Shown piece after piece: positions 24,006 through 30,186 of a DNA stretch of 30,186 nucleotides (positions are counted from its first letter, which is position 1; each line of letters begins with the position of its first letter). The position numbers and the translations under genes were made by a program. The DNA lies in the IMG/VR virus record IMGVR_UViG_3300032129_000203, positions 1 through 30,186 of that record, one strand, 5' to 3'. The DNA is from a virus. Taxonomy: Duplodnaviria > Caudoviricetes. The notes beneath the pieces were generated by a model. It saw only the letters and a list, made by a program, of their open reading frames with translations, was not told where the DNA came from and did no database searches.

Positions 24006-24142
24006 GGTCGTGGCTCATGTGTCTGCGCGTCGATCATCAGACCCGTGATCGTGGCCGCGGCAACGATGCCGACCAGGAAGCCCGCGAGGGCGAGGGCGAT
24101 AAACGCGGTGACGAGCGTGTGGCGGTGGCGTGCGTGCTTCAT
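24002..24142 (-). CDS. Single-TM micro-protein, 46 aa (absent from the ORF track)
   Basis: MKHARHRHTLVTAFIALALAGFLVGIVAAATITGLMIDAQTHEPRP*; SD GAGGAG; ATGA overlaps. Confidence 0.7.
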   Translation of the reverse strand: MKHARHRHTLVTAFIALALAGFLVGIVAAATITGLMIDAQTHEPRP

Positions 24143-24219
24143 GACCGGGTCTCCTCAATGTGACCGTGTCGGGCCCTCTGTGCCTTAATGACGGGCTGGA
24201 TGTGGTCTGGGCGAGTCAT
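24139..24219 (-). CDS. 26-aa micro-ORF (absent from the ORF track)
   Basis: MTRPDHIQPVIKAQRARHGHIEETRS*; ATGA overlaps at both ends. Confidence 0.5.
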   Translation of the reverse strand: MTRPDHIQPVIKAQRARHGHIEETRS

Positions 24220-24389
24220 CGTTCCCACCCGTCGACAATCAGGAAGTGCCCTGTTGCGCATACTCCGCGCCATCCGTCCCACGTGAGAGGTCCGCAACAC
24301 CGCGGGCAGTGCTCGAACTTGGCGCTAATGGACCACACCACGATTCCGTTGGTCGATCCGCTCGGCGTCTTCCACCCGCAATCACTCAT
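24216..24389 (-). CDS. Zn-ribbon-like micro-protein, 57 aa (absent from the ORF track)
   Basis: MSDCGW...HCPRCCGPLTWDGWRGVCATGHFL...; ATGA overlaps at both ends. Confidence 0.6.
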   Translation of the reverse strand: MSDCGWKTPSGSTNGIVVWSISAKFEHCPRCCGPLTWDGWRGVCATGHFLIVDGWER

Positions 24390-24613
24390 GAGATCTCATC
24401 CAGGACGCGGACGGTCCTGCGAGCGCGATATGCGCGGGTCTCCTCTAGGTGGCGGCGTCGAGCCCAAACCATGATCAACGTGAACGTGACGATGGTGGCC
24501 ACGGCGAGAGCGGGGTAGCCGGTACCGGTCGTGGCGTAATCGTTGGCGATCGCCAACACTGGAATAAAGGTGAGCGCGATGATGGCCCACGCACGGGCGT
24601 CACGGGCGGTCAT
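24386..24613 (-). CDS. Two-TM small protein, 75 aa
   Basis: MTARDARAWAIIALTFIPVLAIA...; ATGA overlaps. Confidence 0.7.
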   Translation of the reverse strand: MTARDARAWAIIALTFIPVLAIANDYATTGTGYPALAVATIVTFTLIMVWARRRHLEETRAYRARRTVRVLDEIS

Positions 24614-25089
24614 GAGACGGGTCCGTTGGTGAGTGCGGCGCGGTATGCGAGGCGCTGCACCACTGTCTGTGGCAAGGCGTCGGGTGTCTTGCTGACGATC
24701 GCACTCTTGACGACGTCGATCTTCCCGTCCTCGTGCACCTTCCACAGACCGCACCCGTGGGGGCTCATGACGTCGAGGTCGTGAGGCACGGCATAGATGA
24801 ACCGGTGTGTCACTCTCTGCCACATGCGGCGCTTCCAGTAGGTGTCGCGCATGAAGTCTGGCCGTGTGATCTTGATCTCGACGGCAGTCCTCACCAGTGA
24901 CTCGAACATCAGGGCGTCGATGCGGCGCGCGTACTTGTGTCCCTCCGGTCGAGGGGTGCCTGGTCCGTGGATGTGCTCGCCAACAGCCTCGGAGTCTGGG
25001 AGGTCGAAATCGTCAATGGTTATCTCGGGGACGACGGCGGCGGTCGGGTACTTTGCCCGGATCGCCTCCAGAATGAACTTGGCATCCAT
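24610..25089 (-). CDS. MmcB-like PD-(D/E)XK nuclease, 159 aa
   Basis: VPE...RRIDAL...AVEIKITRPDFMRD...HRFIYAVP...CGL. Confidence 0.75.
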   Translation of the reverse strand: MDAKFILEAIRAKYPTAAVVPEITIDDFDLPDSEAVGEHIHGPGTPRPEGHKYARRIDALMFESLVRTAVEIKITRPDFMRDTYWKRRMWQRVTHRFIYAVPHDLDVMSPHGCGLWKVHEDGKIDVVKSAIVSKTPDALPQTVVQRLAYRAALTNGPVS

Positions 25090-25486
25090 CACGCACCACC
25101 GTTCGCGAGCTCGAGGAGCACGTCTGCGTGGCACGGCTGATCGAGGGGGCACCAGCACGCAAGGTCATGGCCGGCAAGAGGCGCAAGGTAAGCGGCGAAG
25201 CGGCGTTGGCTGTGCTGACTCATGGCTTCGCACAGTCGACGGAAAGTCGCAACGGACTCCGCGAGCGCCATGGCAGGCGTCGAGTGGGAGGAGTAGATCG
25301 CCTCGTTAAATCGATATACACCGAGACCCCAGTTGTTGAGGACGTTTCCCGATCGCTGGCCAACGACGTGGCCGCCGTCTGGCCATACCGGATTGCCCCA
25401 TTACTCGGGCGGGCCACGATCACTGCGTCGGGGTTGTCTGCGCGCCATGGCTTCTGGCGGCTCATCTGAATGCGCTGGGGCATCAC
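25089..25486 (-). pseudogene. DUF4326-like gene split by a 1-nt deletion
   Basis: N-terminal PQRIQMSRQKPWR...VIVARPS and C-terminal LAGHDLACWCPLDQPCHADVLLELAN lie in different frames; one added base at about 25401 restores RPS(K)WGNP. Confidence 0.85.
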
Positions 25487-25944
25487 ACGCCGCCGATCTG
25501 GAGGAGTGCGGTGGGTTGCCCGGTCTCATAAGCGGTCGCGATGCTCGGTGCGATCTGTTCGTACACGGTGCCGCCAGTGGGCATGAGAATGTGGGGTAGG
25601 AACTCCTGCTCGAACGTCACGATGCCCGATGCGACAGCCTCAAGCTTCGCCTTCACGACGAGCGCGAGCGCACGCCAACGTTGGCGTACCGCTTGCTCGT
25701 ATGCGGCCTGTTGTTGTGGGGCGGAGCGTGTCTTGCCCGTGGGTGTGCGGGTGAACGCGTGGTCGGCACGATCGGGAAGTGGCACGGTGAAGCGCACAGT
25801 GCGGCCCTCAGCGGTGAACTGAATGACCGCGACCTCACGGCGCGTGGCGTAGGCAAACTCATCAGCACCATAACGGGTCAGGATCCGCTCAATCTCCATG
25901 CGCGACTTCTCCGACGTGACCGTGGTGTTCTCGGCGTAGGTCAT
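25483..25944 (-). CDS. Conserved phage hypothetical protein, 153 aa
   Basis: YAENTTV..EKSRMEIERIL..YGA...RWRALALVVKAKLEAV..GI.TFEQEFL. Confidence 0.8.
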   Translation of the reverse strand: MTYAENTTVTSEKSRMEIERILTRYGADEFAYATRREVAVIQFTAEGRTVRFTVPLPDRADHAFTRTPTGKTRSAPQQQAAYEQAVRQRWRALALVVKAKLEAVASGIVTFEQEFLPHILMPTGGTVYEQIAPSIATAYETGQPTALLQIGGV

Positions 25945-25972
25945 GACTGGTGTCCCTGGACGGCACGGGCGG

Positions 25973-26218
25973 TCACCATTCGAGTTCCTTGATGTACTCG
26001 CGAGCGATCTCCATGACTTGCTCTTCGTTGGTGAATGGGATGCCCAGGCCCGGTAGGGGGAGGTCGGCGATCTGCTCGCCGTCGACGTACAGCACCGCGG
26101 TGATGGAGTCGTGCTTCTCGTTGTCTTCGAGGTCGAAGGGCCAGTCGACTTCGTAGACGATGCCGTTGTGCTCGACCTTGCCGATGGTGTCGGGGTGCTC
26201 AAATACTTCTTCGCTCAT
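25973..26218 (-). CDS. Acidic hypothetical protein, 81 aa
   Basis: Strong GC3 bias; ATGA coupling. Confidence 0.75.
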   Translation of the reverse strand: MSEEVFEHPDTIGKVEHNGIVYEVDWPFDLEDNEKHDSITAVLYVDGEQIADLPLPGLGIPFTNEEQVMEIAREYIKELEW

Positions 26219-26580
26219 GACCCGACCACCGATCCGTCATCCCAAATGAACTGGCTGACGGGAAGATGTTCGCGACATCCGACGCAGTACGTCGAGCCGT
26301 AGAACTTGGGGTCGCGAGCGTAGGTCTCGGCAATGCCATTCGACATCGTCGTCGCGGCCCCGCACCCCTCCAGGCCATGAGGTAGAGACATCCACGGACC
26401 CGTTGGCACTGGTGATCCATCTGCCATGTACCAGTGCGAATAGGTTCGCCTTACCGGACGGGTGAAGCCCTTCTCGCGTTCCGCGTCTGACAAAATGAGG
26501 TATACGCCTGCCTGTGCGGTCGGCTTTGCGTCCACTCCGTGAGTTAGTCGAGGGTCGTCGGGGTTGTCTGTGGTGCTCAT
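26215..26580 (-). CDS. Zn-binding hypothetical protein, 121 aa
   Basis: RPVRRTY.H...CGAATTM...AETYARDPKFYGSTYCVGC..H. Confidence 0.8.
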   Translation of the reverse strand: MSTTDNPDDPRLTHGVDAKPTAQAGVYLILSDAEREKGFTRPVRRTYSHWYMADGSPVPTGPWMSLPHGLEGCGAATTMSNGIAETYARDPKFYGSTYCVGCREHLPVSQFIWDDGSVVGS

Positions 26581-26996
26581 GATTTTTCCTTTCCGGTCAG
26601 GACGCGGATGGCGGGCCAGAATGCTGCTGCCTTCCAGCGGTGGATGGTGCGGTCTGAGACACCGACGATTGATGCGACCGTCATCGGGTCCTGACCCTGC
26701 GCCAGAAGGGCTAGAGCTCGCCGGCGGCTAACCACCATCCGTGTCGGTTGCCGGCGCTTCGCCTCACTGGCCTTGATCCGGGCCTGGACGATGAGCTTGC
26801 GCTCCTTCCGGGTGGTCCCACCCCACACGCCGATCGTGCCCGGCACCGCAAGCGCCGCCTCCTGGCACTGGGTGAGCACTGGGCAGTTGCCACACAGCCT
26901 CTTGGCTTCGGCCGGCGACCCACCCTTCTCGGGGAAGAAGATCTCAGGGTCGACCTGTGCACACACTGCGTCGAGGGTCCAGTCGGCGGGCATCAT
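26577..26996 (-). CDS. whiB: WhiB-family Fe-S transcription factor with C-terminal HTH, 139 aa
   Basis: CAQVDPEIFFP...CGNCPV...C...GVWGG; VASIVGVSDRTIHRWK. Confidence 0.92.
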   Translation of the reverse strand: MMPADWTLDAVCAQVDPEIFFPEKGGSPAEAKRLCGNCPVLTQCQEAALAVPGTIGVWGGTTRKERKLIVQARIKASEAKRRQPTRMVVSRRRALALLAQGQDPMTVASIVGVSDRTIHRWKAAAFWPAIRVLTGKEKS

Positions 26997-28444
26997 GCTG
27001 CAGCACCACCCTCGTCAACGGGTGCGGCCTGGTCGAAGGCTTCACGCATCGACACCTCGACGTCGGTCAGGGTGTAGCCCGCGGCCTCGAGGACCTTGAA
27101 CCACTTCAAAGCAGCGGCGCGTGCAGTCACGTCCCGCGTGTTCTGGCTCCTCACGATGTTGCCGTAACTCCACTGGGACGCGGGGACACACTCATCGATG
27201 GCTGGCACCACCGCGAGCGCCAATGCGAGTGCTTGGTCTTTGGGCCAGTTGATGCCGTCGGGCAGTGTTGACCCTTCACCCAGGCTGAAGCAGCGGTCGT
27301 CGGTGGCGTAGTCCACGGCGGCGGCGACGATGATCGAGCGTGCTTGGTCGCGGCCGGTGCCGGCCTCGGTGAAGAGGTGGCAGATCCAGGACCAGCGTGC
27401 TGCTACTGCGGCTTCGAGATCGGCGTCGAGTTGGGCCCGGGCTTCGCGTTCCTCCTCGGAGACACCGCCATATGCGGCGGTGCGCTTCGCTTGCAGCTTT
27501 TCCCATACCTCGGGGTGGTGGGTTGCGGGGTCGGTACACACCCAATCCGTTTGCTCCTTCTTGGTCCAGTAGGACGCCGTCGCGACGTACACGGCAGCGC
27601 CCGGGCATGCCGTGTGCGCGTCAGGCTTGATGCCCAGGGGTTTGATGTCGGTGGCGGTGCGGCGAGCCTCGATGTCGATCTGCTTCACACCCGTGGAGTC
27701 GACGTACTTCATCCACTCCTTGTCCGCGCCGAGACGATCGAGGGATTGGAACGCGCGGTTGATCGCCCACGCACGTAGTTCCCCCGCGTCAAGCTGCGCG
27801 ACCAGGTCGTCATACACTCCCTTGTTGCGGCCAGCGATGTCGGCCAAGGTGATCGCTTCGTCGAGGGTCATGGTCTTATTCGCCACCGACGCCTCCACGC
27901 CGGCAGGTAGGTCCGCGATCGCGAGACGCTGCCCCACGGTCTTGATCGCGCGGCCGGTGCGTTTCGCTATCTCGGTGCGTTTCATGCCGAAGTCGAACAG
28001 GCCACGCATGCCGTGGGCCTCTTCAAAGACGGTCAGGTCGGAGCGGTGCAGGTTCTCCACCAGCATCACCTCGAGCTGCTCCGCTTCGGTCATGCCCTCA
28101 CGGATGATCGCTGGGACTGTGGCCACACCAGCCTCACGGGCCGCCGCGGTGCGACGGTGACCCGCGATCACGGTGTACCGGGAAGGGAACTTGCCACTGC
28201 CCTGGGCGCCGGGCACCAGGAGGACGGGCTCAAGGATGCCCTGCTCCCTGATCGACGCCGCCAACTCGGACAGATCACCGAGTTCCCTACGCGGGTTCGA
28301 CGGGTGCGAGTCGATCTGGTCGACGGAGATCTCGCGCAACACCGCCGACGCTGGGGCCAGAGCATCAACGGCAGTGTTCTTCGACATCGACGGCTCAGCG
28401 GCCTTCACAGGAGTGCGCTTCTTACTTGTCGTGGTGGGAGACAT
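26993..28444 (-). CDS. ParB/Spo0J-family protein, 483 aa
   Basis: NPRR, LAASIREQGILEP, IAGHRR and ENLHRSDL motifs plus HTH; SD GAAAGGA. Confidence 0.9.
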   Translation of the reverse strand: MSPTTTSKKRTPVKAAEPSMSKNTAVDALAPASAVLREISVDQIDSHPSNPRRELGDLSELAASIREQGILEPVLLVPGAQGSGKFPSRYTVIAGHRRTAAAREAGVATVPAIIREGMTEAEQLEVMLVENLHRSDLTVFEEAHGMRGLFDFGMKRTEIAKRTGRAIKTVGQRLAIADLPAGVEASVANKTMTLDEAITLADIAGRNKGVYDDLVAQLDAGELRAWAINRAFQSLDRLGADKEWMKYVDSTGVKQIDIEARRTATDIKPLGIKPDAHTACPGAAVYVATASYWTKKEQTDWVCTDPATHHPEVWEKLQAKRTAAYGGVSEEEREARAQLDADLEAAVAARWSWICHLFTEAGTGRDQARSIIVAAAVDYATDDRCFSLGEGSTLPDGINWPKDQALALALAVVPAIDECVPASQWSYGNIVRSQNTRDVTARAAALKWFKVLEAAGYTLTDVEVSMREAFDQAAPVDEGGAAA

Positions 28445-28479
28445 CACGAGTTCCTTTCAACTAGGTGCAGGGTGGGGTG

Positions 28480-28815
28480 CTACTTGGTAGGGCTAAACGT
28501 GTGAGTGCGCAACTGCTCACGCATCGGCATCGGAAGACGCGGGTTGCGGTAGTCGCGAGCGCAGGACAGCAGATGTTGCTTGATGCGGTGCTCGCACAAC
28601 TCATCCCACGGCTCCCCCGCGGTCACAACACGGGCCCGGTCCTCACCATCAGGCATGGTGTACATCACGTAACGGCGCGCGTCCGGGTCATCAGTCGTCA
28701 GAGCGTTCCACTCGTCGAAACACATCGGCCGGCCCGTGCCGTCGTAAGGCAGCCACATGACCTTGTCGCCACACTTCGAGCAACGAGGCGGCTTCACATA
28801 TTCGTCGGAGTTCAT
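28480..28815 (-). CDS. Hypothetical Zn-binding protein, 111 aa
   Basis: CSKCGDKVMW...TGRPM.FD...HLLSC; SD GAGGAGG. Confidence 0.75.
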   Translation of the reverse strand: MNSDEYVKPPRCSKCGDKVMWLPYDGTGRPMCFDEWNALTTDDPDARRYVMYTMPDGEDRARVVTAGEPWDELCEHRIKQHLLSCARDYRNPRLPMPMREQLRTHTFSPTK

Positions 28816-29576
28816 CAGGACACCTCCTCGAGTAGAAAGGCTTCGTCTGCGATGGCCTCGAAGTAGCCGTCCTCATCAAGATCCAGGGGCGAGGGAAAGC
28901 CCTCCCCTATGGCACGGCTGATCGACCTATTTGCGGCGATCTTCGCGCGCCACTCAGTAGGAGCGTTGGGGGTCATGCCTAGGCGTCGGAACGCTGTGCG
29001 CACAGCCTTGTGGGTGCGGACGCTCGTGGAAGGACGAGAACGTAGGTACCGGATGACCTGGTGGTCGACGTCGGCCTCGCGTGCGATCTGGCTCATGCTG
29101 TAGCCGATGCGCATCAGAGCACGAACGCGGTTCAGTGACGGTGTGGGGTCGATGGTTTGACCGCCGAGTAGTTCCTCAGGTGCCGGAACGGGTACTGCGA
29201 GGATGGCGGCACGTGTGGCCTTGCGGCACTTGGTACGGGGTTTCCCGCCGTTACGGTCAGGCTTGCCATACAGCAATGGGTAGATCACGGACGGTGTGAG
29301 ACCTGCGCGTTTCGCTGCGGACTTCCATCCAAGCCCGGCAGCTTGCAGGGCCCGCAGGTGAGTAACAGCGGACGATGCGTCCACATAGGCCGCGTACTTC
29401 TCGGGGTCGAACTGGGCATACATCAGGCGCTGGCGGTGAACTCTCGCGGCCATGTTCGATGCGTGCCTGCACAAGTCGCACCTGCACTTATCGATCACGT
29501 AACACACGCGGGTGTCGTGCATGTGATTCGCTCGCCTGCAGTTGCAGTCAACGTTCAGATAGAGGCGGATGTTCAT
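28815..29576 (-). CDS. DNA-binding protein (CxCxxC module plus two HTH-like repeats), 253 aa
   Basis: YVIDKCRCDLC; HLRALQAAGLGWKSAAKRAGL; RVRALMRIGYSMSQIA. Confidence 0.75.
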   Translation of the reverse strand: MNIRLYLNVDCNCRRANHMHDTRVCYVIDKCRCDLCRHASNMAARVHRQRLMYAQFDPEKYAAYVDASSAVTHLRALQAAGLGWKSAAKRAGLTPSVIYPLLYGKPDRNGGKPRTKCRKATRAAILAVPVPAPEELLGGQTIDPTPSLNRVRALMRIGYSMSQIAREADVDHQVIRYLRSRPSTSVRTHKAVRTAFRRLGMTPNAPTEWRAKIAANRSISRAIGEGFPSPLDLDEDGYFEAIADEAFLLEEVS

Positions 29577-29932
29577 GCCGTCACCCCCGGCTGGTAACCG
29601 CTGCGGCGGTACACCGCAACGTGAGCGCCGTGGGCGGTGGCACCGGTCGACGGGACCTTCGCGTGGATCGCCTGGCCCATCACCGTGAGCATCACGGGCT
29701 CGAGCAGTCCGTCCGCACACGCCCTTCGCATCAGACCAGCACGCTGCTTCGCGGGGATCTTGGCCGCGTCGACGGACTCGCGGATCGAGTTGAAGGTCAG
29801 GTCAGTGCCAGGCTTGAGCGCGACGACGATGCGCATGAACGCCGTCTCATGGTCAATGAGGAGATCGTCGATCGAGAGTTGCTGACCGTGGACCTTCGCA
29901 ACACGCGCGCGGTCGTGCGACACCATCGTCAT
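29573..29932 (-). CDS. Hypothetical protein (possible winged helix), 119 aa
   Basis: ATGA overlaps at both ends. Confidence 0.7.
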   Translation of the reverse strand: MTMVSHDRARVAKVHGQQLSIDDLLIDHETAFMRIVVALKPGTDLTFNSIRESVDAAKIPAKQRAGLMRRACADGLLEPVMLTVMGQAIHAKVPSTGATAHGAHVAVYRRSGYQPGVTA

Positions 29933-30186
29933 CGCGAGGTCACCCCCACGTTGTCGAGCATCTCGAGGGCGTCGGTGATCTGCGCTGTCGCTGTACGCAT
30001 CCGATCCGCGACGTCCTCCGCGACAAAGCGGGCGGGGTCGAGGATCGACACCTGGTCAAGGGCGTTGCGTGCCACACGCAGGTGCTCCGCGGCGTCGAGT
30101 GCCTGGAGGCGTGCGAGCCGCAGCGCCAGGTGAGTCTCGGGAATAGGTGCCGGTTCAAAGACCATCGCGCTCGTCGGGACACTCAT
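29929..30186 (-). CDS. Hypothetical helical protein, 85 aa
   Basis: ATGA coupling to the downstream gene. Confidence 0.65.
   Translation of the reverse strand: MSVPTSAMVFEPAPIPETHLALRLARLQALDAAEHLRVARNALDQVSILDPARFVAEDVADRMRTATAQITDALEMLDNVGVTSR

Larger units (their letters stand above)
1..30186. mobile_element. Temperate actinobacterial siphophage/prophage (partial; repressor and att sites not in window)
   Basis: Integrase plus a complete, correctly ordered terminase-portal-protease-capsid-tail-lysis module, WhiB and small coupled early genes. Confidence 0.96.

Overview
The whole window is part of a temperate, high-GC actinobacterial siphophage or prophage with an HK97-type head. The host is probably a non-mycolic actinomycete, since no lysin B is seen. 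A short arm-less tyrosine integrase sits on + at the left end. Almost everything else is on -. In transcription order (right to left) it runs: a translationally coupled early/accessory region (HTH proteins, orphan ParB, WhiB-HTH, frameshifted DUF4326-like gene, MmcB-like nuclease, membrane micro-proteins, membrane-anchored ASCH fusion, DUF4406-like protein, replication initiator with internal iterons); a structured non-coding leader; HNH, TerS, TerL, portal, protease and capsid; head-tail and tail genes, including a -1 frameshift tail chaperone, tape measure and minor tail proteins; and finally the lysis cassette. No tRNA, CRISPR array, reverse transcriptase, IS element or att core is visible. 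I cannot demonstrate a wholly new system from sequence alone. The best leads are a relic second C-terminus behind the tail-fibre gene, an internal SD+ATG in the endolysin, the TM-ASCH fusion within a nucleotide-metabolism-like accessory cluster, the multi-hairpin late leader, and the integrase architecture typical of integration-dependent immunity. All family calls come from motif recognition by eye, not database searches.
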